This document shows positions 1 to 6,515 of a stretch of 7,686 nucleotides of DNA, in pieces. Source of the DNA: a virus (lineage: Duplodnaviria; Heunggongvirae; Uroviricota; Caudoviricetes). Numbering within the stretch: the first letter of the stretch is position 1; each line of letters opens with the position of its first letter. A program made the translations under genes and the position numbers. The stretch lies in IMG/VR virus record IMGVR_UViG_2541047934_000011; one strand, written 5' to 3'. The notes beneath the pieces were generated by a model. The model did not search any database and was not told where the DNA came from. It saw only the letters and a program-made list of their open reading frames with translations.

Positions 1-91
1 TAGACTGGCCCCCTGAATCTCCAGACAACCAGTATCACTTATTTAAGTGATAGTCTTAATACTAGTTTTTAGACTAGTCATTGGAGAGCAG

Positions 92-457
92 ATGATTGAT
101 GTCTTAGGACCGGAGAAACGCAGACGGCGTACCACACAGGAAAAGATCGCAATTGTTCAGCAGAGCTTTGAACCGGGGATGACGGTCTCCCTCGTTGCCC
201 GGCAACATGGTGTAGCAGCCAGCCAGTTATTTCTCTGGCGTAAGCAATACCAGGAAGGAAGTCTTACTGCTGTCGCCGCCGGAGAACAGGTTGTTCCTGC
301 CTCTGAACTTGCTGCCGCCATGAAGCAGATTAAAGAACTCCAGCGCCTGCTCGGCAAGAAAACGATGGAAAATGAACTCCTCAAAGAAGCCGTTGAATAT
401 GGACGGGCAAAAAAGTGGATAGCGCACGCGCCCTTATTGCCCGGGGATGGGGAGTAA
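92..457 (+). CDS. insC: IS2 transposase OrfA (InsC), HTH DNA-binding protein, 121 aa
   Basis: ATG at 92 preceded by GGAGAG (83..88). Translation [26 protein letters not shown]...PLLPGDGE is recognised as IS2 InsC. The ORF-track start at 47 is an upstream in-frame GTG extension and is unlikely to be used. Confidence 0.9.
409..415 (+). other. Programmed -1 ribosomal frameshift slippery heptamer A_AAA_AAG joining OrfA to OrfB
   Basis: AAAAAAG sits in the insC zero frame (gca aaa aag tgg = A K K W), and insD is in the -1 frame from here. IS3-family elements including IS2 make the OrfAB transposase by -1 frameshifting at A6G. Confidence 0.75.
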
Positions 458-1320
458 GCTTAGTCAGCCGTTGTCTCCGGGTGTCGCGTGCGCAGTTGCA
501 CGTCATTCTCAGACGAACCGATGACTGGATGGATGGCCGCCGCAGTCGTCACACTGATGATACGGATGTGCTTCTCCGTATACACCATGTTATCGGAGAG
601 CTGCCCACGTATGGTTATCGTCGGGTATGGGCGCTGCTTCGCAGACAGGCAGAACTTGATGGTATGCCTGCGATCAATGCCAAACGTGTTTACCGGATCA
701 TGCGCCAGAATGCGCTGTTGCTTGAGCGAAAACCTGCTGTACCGCCATCGAAACGGGCACATACAGGCAGAGTGGCCGTGAAAGAAAGCAATCAGCGATG
801 GTGCTCTGACGGGTTCGAGTTCTGCTGTGATAACGGAGAGAGACTGCGTGTCACGTTCGCGCTGGACTGCAGTGATCGTGAGGCACTGCACTGGGCGGTC
901 ACTACCGGCGGCTTCAACAGTGAAACAGTACAGGACGTCATGCTGGGAGCGGTGGAACGCCGCTTCGGCAACGATCTTCCGTCGTCTCCAGTGGAGTGGC
1001 TGACGGATAATGGTTCATGCTACCGGGCTAATGAAACACGCCAGTTCGCCCGGATGTTGGGACTTGAACCGAAGAACACGGCGGTGCGGAGTCCGGAGAG
1101 TAACGGAATAGCAGAGAGCTTCGTGAAAACGATAAAGCGTGACTACATCAGTATCATGCCCAAACCAGACGGGTTAACGGCAGCAAAGAACCTTGCAGAG
1201 GCGTTCGAGCATTATAACGAATGGCATCCGCATAGTGCGCTGGGTTATCGCTCGCCACGGGAATATCTGCGGCAGCGGGCTTGTAATGGGTTAAGTGATA
1301 ACAGATGTCTGGAAATATAG
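415..1320 (+). CDS. insD: IS2 transposase OrfB (InsD), DDE integrase-like catalytic domain, 301 aa as annotated (expressed as an OrfAB fusion)
   Basis: Translation [21 protein letters not shown]...[24 protein letters not shown] is recognised as IS2 InsD. It is in the -1 frame relative to insC and overlaps its 3' end. Stop TAG at 1318..1320. Confidence 0.9.
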
Positions 1321-1544
1321 GGGCAAATCCATTAACACATAAGCAATCAGTATGATTGGTTAGGTGATTACTCTTACTGCGCACAGCGCAATAGATTTCT
1401 TCGTGGGCGTTACCGCCAACGAAGTTACACGAAGAAAGTAACGCTTTGCTTTCGGTGTGAGCGGAACGGGCCAGCCACGAAGCCCGAAAGGTAGCGGAGT
1501 AAGGCTGCTTGCCAGAGAGTGAAGCTAACGCCGGAAGGCAAAAG

Positions 1545-1625
1545 ATCATATATATAGATATAAAGAATATTATTATTATGATCTAATTAATAATCTAATA
1601 TAGTTTTATTAATAGTCTTATTGTA
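1545..1625. other. Near-pure A/T tract (DNA-unwinding-element-like), bracketed by the 8-bp inverted repeat AGATCATA / TATGATCT
   Basis: About 80 bp of almost exclusively A/T immediately after a GC-richer segment (1340..1545). Inverted repeat AGATCATA at about 1543..1550 and TATGATCT at about 1578..1585. No coding potential. Confidence 0.5.
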
Positions 1626-1628
1626 GTT

Positions 1629-1664
1629 CACAGTGACCTACCCCCTAGCTCACTATGACCTACC
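1629..1664 (+). repeat. Two direct copies of CAC(A/T)(G/A)TGACCTACC spaced 22 bp
   Basis: cacagtgacctacc at 1629..1642 and cactatgacctacc at 1651..1664 (12 of 14 identical). Confidence 0.8.
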
Positions 1665-1694
1665 GTTACTACCAATCATCACATAGCACTCACT

Positions 1695-2474
1695 CTGTGT
1701 AATGCCTTTCTATGTGTGTGCCATAATCCCCTATATTCCCTGTGTAAATCATAGAATATCCCTAACTTATTCCTGTGTAATTCCATACTAAAAATTCAAT
1801 GAAAAGTAGCTTAAAAGTGCAATTCTTACTTTCTTCACTTTTACATCACTTTCGCAAATCCTTGTGTAGTGCGGCCTACAGAGCACCATCAGAAATTGTT
1901 GGCTAAAAATTGTTCTGCTTGTTTCTTAACGAGTTTTCTCGTTTGTGCAAATTTTAAAATTTATTTTGTTTTTACAGCCTTATTTCGTGTAATGCGTGGC
2001 ATAGCAAGCCCTTTTCTTGTGTTGTCAAGACATTTGGCAACGTTCAAACATCTGTTTAGAAATGCCAAATTGTTGATCTAACAAATAAACCTGTATAAAC
2101 AGAACACCATTTAATCTATTCCCCTGTGTAATCCACTACATCACACAATAAAAACAAAAAAACCTTTAATTATGTTTCATAGCATACAAAAGTCAACAGA
2201 AGCCCTCTCGTGCTCCTACGTAAAAAATCCATCATTTTCCCCTGATACATCAACTCAAGGCGTTCTATGTGTTCCTTAGTGCATATTACGTTTATTATGT
2301 TAAATTGATTTTGGCCTATATTTTGACCTGCACCCGCATAAACACTGGTTTCATCGCTTACAGTCCTTGTGAGACGTGGTGCTGTTTCTAGCATCTGATC
2401 CGACATAAAACCGATCATTCTCGTGTTTAGTGAAAGTTTAGTGAGAGACATTACAGAAAGGCTTTCTGTGTAAT
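1695..2474 (+). repeat. Dispersed same-orientation motif CTGTGTAAT (5 exact copies plus close variants) in AT-rich non-coding DNA
   Basis: Exact CTGTGTAAT at 1695..1703, 1773..1781, 2124..2132 and 2466..2474, and CTGTGTAAA at 1740..1748. Variants TCGTGTAAT at 1985..1993, TATGTGTGTG at about 1711..1720 and TTGTGTAGT at about 1862..1870. All are on the + strand. A 9-mer recurring this often in under 1 kb is far above chance. Confidence 0.85.
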
Positions 2475-2610
2475 GATTTAATAGGTAAAAACGATGTTGA
2501 TTACGCAAGAAAATTCCTTGCTGATATTTGGGGATTCTGGATTTTCCAGATCGGGGGGCGCTGAAAATCGCGTTAAGCACCTCTCGCAATCTAGCCATAA
2601 GGGAAGGGAT

Positions 2611-2675
2611 ATAGGTATTTAGATGTATTTATAGCTATTTATGGCTATTTATTTTTTATTTACCTTTATTTAAAA
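2611..2675. other. Phased T-tracts with 10-bp periodicity (intrinsically curved DNA)
   Basis: ataggTATTT agatgTATTT atagcTATTT atggcTATTT attttTTATT taccTTTATT: TATTT recurs every 10 bp, i.e. helically phased A/T tracts, a signature of bent DNA at promoters or origins and of H-NS-bound DNA. Confidence 0.7.
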
Positions 2676-2741
2676 ATAACCTTATAAATCAATAAGATAC
2701 ACAACTATCTGTTTATATTTTAATCAATTAAATCAAGTTTA

Positions 2742-2780
2742 ATACCCTTAAATCACCTGAAAATACCCTTAAATACCCCA
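2742..2780 (+). repeat. Direct repeats ATACCCTTAAAT with 21-bp spacing, plus a third partial copy ATACCCCA (iteron-like)
   Basis: ATACCCTTAAAT at 2742..2753 and 2763..2774 (exact, 21 bp apart), then ATACCCCA at 2773..2780. Confidence 0.8.
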
Positions 2781-2942
2781 ATAATTAATTTTAAGGTTTT
2801 CCGTGTTCTCTTCTGCATTATGAAAATGCAAAATAAGGCACAAAACAAGCGCACAGACGCATTAAACACACATCACCTATACATCCCTATACCAAGCAAT
2901 GAAAATAGCGTTAGAATGCGTCCTGTTGCGTTCTGGAGATTT

Positions 2943-3101
2943 TCAGAAATCCTCTCTAAGCCATTTCAACTCATTAAGGAGTTTTCTTTCTTCGTTCTCT
3001 CTCTGTTTACGCTCTAGCCAGGCTTTTCCTTCTGGCGTAGACAGGAACTTACGAGCGTGAATCTTGCGGTTATTACGTTTGATAGCTGCAATGTTTTTCA
3101 T
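2943..3101 (-). CDS. Small basic hypothetical protein, 52 aa (not in the supplied ORF track)
   Basis: Minus-strand ATG at 3101..3099 preceded by AGAGG with 6-nt spacing (...atacAGAGGcacacgATG). Translation MKNIAAIKRNNRKIHARKFLSTPEGKAWLERKQRENEERKLLNELKWLREDF, stop TGA at 2945..2943. Lys/Arg-rich, no hydrophobic segment. It overlaps the +-strand ORF 2820..3017, which has no RBS. Confidence 0.4.
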   Translation of the reverse strand: MKNIAAIKRNNRKIHARKFLSTPEGKAWLERKQRENEERKLLNELKWLREDF

Positions 3102-3923
3102 CGTGTGCCTCTGTATTCATATGAAAATTAACAAGTTACATACTACACAGGGAGACTACGCATAAAACACAATACAAGTAAAGATACATTTTCAAGACAA
3201 TAGGAGCCATAAAGCGCCTTTGATGGGCTACCCCAAAAAATAAGCGCCGTAGGCGTATCCACTAAAAGGGCTTTTTCACAAAAGCTATGAAGTCTTAGCA
3301 GTTCTTCTCTTATCAGGCACCCGTTGTACTCCGGTGGACGAAACCGTGCTAGAGCTTGATTCTTTCCCGATCAAGTTAGGTTTTGAAGAGGTGGGCTTTG
3401 ATCCACTATTGCACTTAAAACTCTTCCCATCATTTAGCCTGTTTATCCTCTGCAACGTCTCACGACGTGTAGCATCATTGGACACCGCGCCAGGTGTGGA
3501 ACATCTTGCTAAGAGTTTTGGTAGAAGGTTTAGAGACGGTGGCACGTCTTCCAGCTTCAAAGGAACTTGTTACGAGGTTGAGCCTGGGAACTACTCGCCC
3601 ATACGTGTTACACTACCAAAGCCCATAACAACGTATAGGCGTTTGTAAGTGATAACAGAAGATACAATTTCTTAGAGAAGTTAAGCTAAGTTATTGATTT
3701 TCTTGATTGTGCGATAATAGGAACAATACACATAGGCGATAAGCTTTGTTTTTGTTGCCTTTTTTATTGTTCATTTTTTATAGATACCCCCAAAAGTACC
3801 CCCATATCTTTTTCCGCCCCTGAAATTTGGTTGTTATTCATACAGCATATCAGGCGGTAACGCTCTCCCTTTAACCCACTTATTGTATGATAGTGCTATC
3901 CCACAATAAGGAATCAGCCAGCC

Positions 3924-4283
3924 ATGAGAATGACCAGCCGCAAAAAAGAGATACTTAGCTACTTTGAACCGGATAACCTCGAATGGGTGACTGGTGAGAT
4001 TGGTGCGCCGCCGTTCGATGTGTCGGGTGTGGCCTACCTGCTTCATGGCATGGTGTCGTTCGATAAGCGTCACCAGCTCGAATCAACCCGGCGCACACTG
4101 GAAAGCATGGTTGCTGGTGGACTGCTTGAGCGGGTGACAGTGTATGAATCGCGCCAGATACGGCGCGGCGGTGATACTAACGCAACGGTCGTGCGCTACG
4201 GTTTACCCGGTCAGTGCGCTGTTATGCGCGATACTGGCGGCGCTGACAACGCAATATCAGGTGAATACATGCGGGTCAGTTAA
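3924..4283 (+). CDS. Hypothetical protein, 119 aa (possible small winged-helix-like DNA-binding protein)
   Basis: ATG at 3924 with AAGGA about 11 nt upstream. GC-richer, E. coli-like codon usage. Translation MRMTSRKKEILSYFEPDNLEWVTGEIG... is not recognised as a known family. The 3' end overlaps the convergent pRiA4b-ORF3-like gene by 8 bp. Confidence 0.5.
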   Translation: MRMTSRKKEILSYFEPDNLEWVTGEIGAPPFDVSGVAYLLHGMVSFDKRHQLESTRRTLESMVAGGLLERVTVYESRQIRRGGDTNATVVRYGLPGQCAVMRDTGGADNAISGEYMRVS

Positions 4284-4818
4284 TAGCCTGCAATCTGTCG
4301 TTGATGCGGCTCAGGTCGTAAACCCGGCGTTCAATATCCAGCATCAGGAAATTGTGGATCTCGGCCTGCTCAGGATTATCAGACTCTCTGGCCTGTAATA
4401 GCAATTCATTGTAACCATGCAAGCCGCCTGAGTTTTCCGCCGGGGTGGTGCCTTTCCCACGCAGGCAGCTAATGGGCTGATTACTCGTATCGTGTGTTTG
4501 CTTCTCCAGCACAATGACGCAATCCCACCAGTCGCCAAAGTCATACGTGTAAACCAGCTTGTCACCCTCATTCTGGAGCGCCGCCCATAGTGGCGTGATT
4601 GCCGCGTTACCCATGCTTTCATCCTCACCCCATACGCGATACTCGCTACCTGGATCACCTTTACGCCCTTTCTCGAACATATACAGGTGTTCGTCATTCC
4701 AGCCAAAAGCTAACTGGATCACGGCATGAAGTTTACTAAAGGGGATTTGCTCTGGAACCAGCACACGCCGCCATATAGGTGGTTTGCTGTCTCGGATGGT
4801 TATCTTTAGCTGGTACAT
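4276..4818 (-). CDS. Plasmid pRiA4b ORF-3-like family protein (Pfam PRiA4_ORF3 / MM3350-like domain), 180 aa, function unknown
   Basis: N-terminus MYQLKITIRDSKPPIWRRVLVPEQIPFSKLHAVIQLAFGWNDEHLYMF carries the signature of the pRiA4b ORF-3-like family (Y.LK.TL.D..PPIWRR..VP...F..LH..IQ...GW...HL..F). ATG at 4818, weak SD (AGGA 8 nt upstream). Confidence 0.8.
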   Translation of the reverse strand: MYQLKITIRDSKPPIWRRVLVPEQIPFSKLHAVIQLAFGWNDEHLYMFEKGRKGDPGSEYRVWGEDESMGNAAITPLWAALQNEGDKLVYTYDFGDWWDCVIVLEKQTHDTSNQPISCLRGKGTTPAENSGGLHGYNELLLQARESDNPEQAEIHNFLMLDIERRVYDLSRINDRLQAIN

Positions 4819-4938
4819 GCAAATCCTGAATAAATGCGAATCGGAAGGATAACGATACTGACGTACTCACAATTCTGTAAAGGTGAATAAAGGAAATTTG
4901 CTTAATACGCATAAGTTACATGTGGAATAATCCCATAT

Positions 4939-5124
4939 CTACCTGCGCGGCGCTGGCTTCTTCCACTGGTAGGCAGGTGCTCGCATCATTTCGCGGAACC
5001 TGTCGCGCCGGGCTATATCGGCATTAACTGATCGTTCTATCTCCCGTTGATCTGCCTGTGTAAGCTGGTGGCCTCCGTGCTCAAGTTTGGCGATGGTCAA
5101 TAAGGCTATTTCGCGTGGTGTCAT
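4939..5124 (-). CDS. Small hypothetical protein, 61 aa
   Basis: ATG at 5124..5122 preceded by GAGGG at 8-nt spacing (ccaGAGGGtatgacgtATG). Translation MTPREIALLTIAKLEHGGHQLTQADQREIERSVNADIARRDRFREMMRAPAYQWKKPAPRR. Co-oriented between the PerC-like and pRiA4b-like genes. Confidence 0.45.
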   Translation of the reverse strand: MTPREIALLTIAKLEHGGHQLTQADQREIERSVNADIARRDRFREMMRAPAYQWKKPAPRR

Positions 5125-5350
5125 ACGTCATACCCTCTGGAAGAATGAAACACGCCCGGATTAAATTTCATTTTTCGCGGGTATAAAAAAACGATGGGGC
5201 GGGCAGTCCCGGATAGTCAGGGCTGTAGAGATTTGACTACCCCCTCCCCACTGGATTCAGGTTACTGCTATTCCGTTAAGCGCTGCTTACGGGGATAGCT
5301 GCGTTGTGATTTTGACCATTCAGGTCGCCGCTATTTCCTCACCGATTGGG

Positions 5351-5373
5351 TGCTACGCGCGCGCGTACTTGTC
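5351..5373 (+). repeat. Repeat family copy a: TGCTA(CG)5TACTTGTC, containing the 14-bp palindrome TACGCGCGCGCGTA
   Basis: tgctacgcgcgcgcgtacttgtc, followed by CCGAAATACCAG. Near-identical to copy b at 6761..6781 apart from one extra CG unit. Lies in the intergenic region downstream of the PerC-like gene. Confidence 0.85.
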
Positions 5374-5395
5374 CCGAAATACCAGAAACCGCCAG

Positions 5396-5417
5396 CCAGA
5401 GGATGATTTCCCTCTGG
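5396..5417 (-). terminator. Candidate intrinsic terminator hairpin downstream of the PerC-like gene
   Basis: On the minus strand: CCAGAGG-gaaatcat-CCTCTGG (7-bp stem, 8-nt loop) starting 5 nt after the stop (5424..5422), followed by a moderately T-rich tail (ctggcggTTTcTggTaTTTcgg). Not a canonical U-run, so weak. Confidence 0.3.
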
Positions 5418-5421
5418 TGGT

Positions 5422-5703
5422 CTACCTTTGCCTCTTGCCGCCATTTAACCGGAAGGCGTTACCGTTCGGTTGCGCTATCCCCATGCGGTGTTGCGTTTCG
5501 GTAACAGCTTTATGCAGGTCGCCAAATTCCTCAACCTTCACGGGCGGGCGCTTCACGTTCTCCAGACACGTTTCACGGCGGCGCTTTATCCATTCCCGAT
5601 CATCGTCCTCGGTGCATAACAGCATGACTTCCATCCATCGTGCGGCAGCTCTCCGGTATAGCCCTTTTGACTCCAGCTCTTCAGCTTTCCTGTCCCTTAT
5701 CAT
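5422..5703 (-). CDS. PerC-family (Pch-like) transcriptional regulator, 93 aa
   Basis: ATG at 5703..5701 with strong SD GAGAGG (5714..5709). Translation MIRDRKAEELESKGLYRRAAARWMEVM...REWIKRRRETCLE... carries the conserved PerC-family core (AE.LE.KGL.RRAA.RW..VM) recalled from EPEC PerC and EHEC Pch proteins. Confidence 0.75.
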   Translation of the reverse strand: MIRDRKAEELESKGLYRRAAARWMEVMLLCTEDDDREWIKRRRETCLENVKRPPVKVEEFGDLHKAVTETQHRMGIAQPNGNAFRLNGGKRQR

Positions 5704-5708
5704 TTCTG

Positions 5709-5722
5709 CCTCTCAGATTATA
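5709..5722 (-). promoter_or_regulatory. Candidate sigma70 -10 element (TATAAT) and SD for the PerC-like gene, abutting the tandem repeat array
   Basis: Minus-strand reading: ...tgaaccaacacctttttgcttatctaTATAATctGAGAGGcagaaATG. Perfect TATAAT at 5722..5717, and the position of a -35 would fall on the first repeat unit. The leader would be very short. Confidence 0.4.
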
Positions 5723-5739
5723 TAGATAAGCAAAAAGGT

Positions 5740-5784
5740 GTTGGTTCAGTTGGTTCAGTTGGTTCAGTTGGTTCAGTTGGTTCA
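5740..5784 (+). repeat. Five perfect head-to-tail copies of the 9-bp unit GTTGGTTCA (iteron- or operator-like array)
   Basis: Exact tandem units at 5740..5748, 5749..5757, 5758..5766, 5767..5775 and 5776..5784, followed by a 43-bp AT-rich spacer. Confidence 0.95.
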
Positions 5785-5827
5785 ATTTGTAAAGATTGTT
5801 GTTTTTATTGTGTTTTTTCTGAAATAT

Positions 5828-5878
5828 TGAACCAACATCAACTCATTTTGAACCAACACAGCCCAGCTCTGAACCAAC
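5828..5878 (-). repeat. Three inverted-orientation copies of the same unit (TGAACCAAC on the + strand) phased exactly 21 bp apart
   Basis: TGAACCAACA at 5828, 5849 and 5870. Each begins a 21-bp unit (tgaaccaacatcaactcattt / tgaaccaacacagcccagctc / tgaaccaacaacacagcgata), so copies sit two helical turns apart on the same DNA face. Confidence 0.95.
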
Positions 5879-5931
5879 AACACAGCGATAGATTTGTGAT
5901 TGGTCCGTTATTTTCTGGCTGATATTTGAGC

Positions 5932-5948
5932 GTATAACAGTGTTATAC
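5932..5948. promoter_or_regulatory. 17-bp palindrome GTATAACA-g-TGTTATAC (operator-like) overlapping a candidate extended -10 upstream of the RHH gene
   Basis: Perfect inverted 8-bp arms around a central G, followed by GTATAC at 5954..5959. TGTTATAC resembles an extended -10 (TGnTATAc). Located 33 to 49 bp upstream of the ATG at 5981. Confidence 0.4.
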
Positions 5949-5980
5949 AGTGGTATACTGTATGGATATTACTCACTGAT

Positions 5981-6436
5981 ATGGTCTTTGCAATGAGCAA
6001 ATCTAATCTGGTCGCGTTCCGCATCCCATCTGAATTGCAGGATGAGTTTAATCGGTCTGTTCTCGCTTCTGGAGGAGATAAAACCTCCTGGCTTGTTGAT
6101 GCGATTCGCATGAAGCTGGGGCAGCCGGAAAAGTCTATTGATTCACGAATGCTTGGGCTGGTGGAGCGCATGGAAAAAGCCGCTGCGTCGCTTATTGCCG
6201 GAAAGCCGAACATCCCACCAAAACCATATAACGAAACGGCAGTTATAAAGATCATTGCCGATACCATCCAACAGGGATTTGATAATGGGCGTGTGATAGC
6301 TGAACGGATCAATGAAGCAGGCTATCAAACAAAAGCTGGTAAAGCGTGGGATAAAGATATTTACAGCGCGTGGAAGCGTCAGGGAAGCAATGCTGAAAAG
6401 CTAAAAGCAGTGATTGATTGTAAGGTCAGCGTATAA
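5981..6436 (+). CDS. Ribbon-helix-helix (Arc/MetJ/CopG-like) DNA-binding protein with a C-terminal extension of about 100 aa, 151 aa (147 aa if the ATG at 5993 is used)
   Basis: From the second ATG: MSKSNLVAFRIPSELQDEFNRSVLASGGDKTSWLVDAIRMKLG fits the RHH pattern (beta-strand with alternating hydrophobics and R.P.EL, helix A, G.[ST] N-cap turn, helix B). Neither ATG has an obvious SD, so the start is uncertain. Stop TAA at 6434..6436. Confidence 0.6.
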   Translation: MVFAMSKSNLVAFRIPSELQDEFNRSVLASGGDKTSWLVDAIRMKLGQPEKSIDSRMLGLVERMEKAAASLIAGKPNIPPKPYNETAVIKIIADTIQQGFDNGRVIAERINEAGYQTKAGKAWDKDIYSAWKRQGSNAEKLKAVIDCKVSV

Positions 6437-6515
6437 ACATGAGTGCCCATTGGAAAGTTGCTTGGGCCAATACCTTTATACACCAGCAGGTAGTGACGAT
6501 AGGTGAGGATCAGAT

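Larger units (their letters stand above)
1..1331 (+). mobile_element. IS2 insertion sequence (IS3 family), complete copy
   Basis: Window starts with the IS2 left terminal repeat TAGACTGGCCCCCTGAATCTCCAGACAACC. The right end ...GGAAATATAGGGGCAAATCCA at 1311..1331 is the imperfect inverted partner (shared GCCCC, TCCAGACA, TATCACTTAA blocks). Internal ORFs match InsC and InsD, and the length agrees with the known ~1.33 kb of IS2. The left flank lies outside the window, so the target duplication cannot be checked. Confidence 0.93.

Noticed and set aside
47-91. ORF-track start at 47 for the IS2 OrfA (136 aa)
   Set aside because: It begins at an in-frame GTG well upstream. The recognised InsC N-terminus MIDVLGPEK starts at the ATG at 92, which has a GGAGAG Shine-Dalgarno.
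157-891. ORFs 157..384 (-), 227..427 (-), 460..891 (-) and 488..781 (+) inside IS2
   Set aside because: All lie within or antisense to the well-recognised insC/insD frames. They are shadow ORFs of a GC-rich coding region with no independent support.
1154-1549. 131-aa minus-strand ORF spanning the IS2 right boundary
   Set aside because: It crosses the IS2 terminus at 1331, so it cannot be a native gene. Its translation is Cys/Ser-rich with no recognisable features and it has no RBS. I also examined the + frame 1337..1494 as a possible 3' remnant of an IS2-disrupted gene, but it is unconvincing.
1869-2081. 70-aa plus-strand ORF
   Set aside because: Lies in AT-rich, repeat-bearing DNA and contains the TCGTGTAAT motif copy. 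No RBS and a low-complexity hydrophobic translation. Likely a chance ORF.
2170-2598. 142-aa minus-strand ORF
   Set aside because: No Shine-Dalgarno before the ATG (cccttcccttATG), atypical composition, and it contains a CTGTGTAAT motif copy. The phased T-tracts just upstream could mark a leftward promoter, so a transcript (possibly non-coding) may start here, but the protein call is unsupported.
2820-3017. 65-aa plus-strand ORF
   Set aside because: No RBS. It overlaps the better-supported minus-strand 52-aa ORF (2943..3101).
3285-3648. Overlapping ORFs 3285..3560 (-) and 3334..3648 (+)
   Set aside because: They overlap each other on opposite strands, lack RBSs (the plus ORF starts at a GTG with no SD) and have low-complexity translations (Ser/Thr/Lys runs).
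3834-4706. ORFs 3834..4073 (-), 4144..4398 (+) and 4344..4706 (-)
   Set aside because: Antisense or out-of-frame shadows of the 119-aa gene and of the pRiA4b-ORF3-like gene, whose family signature identifies the correct frame.
5306-5725. 139-aa plus-strand ORF
   Set aside because: Antisense to the PerC-like gene. Its 5' part is the CG-repeat element translated (..GCYARAYLSR..).
5740-5784. Possible CRISPR array
   Set aside because: The repeats are 9 bp and contiguous with no spacers. CRISPR repeats are typically 24 to 48 bp separated by unique spacers. This is an iteron or operator-type array.
5949-5975. Possible LexA (SOS) box near GTATACTGTATGG
   Set aside because: The CTGT-N8-ACAG consensus is not satisfied. 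There is a CTGT half-site but no correctly spaced ACAG partner.
5908-6328. Minus-strand ORFs 5908..6312 and 6143..6328
   Set aside because: Antisense to the RHH gene, which shows a coherent RHH fold pattern. No RBS.
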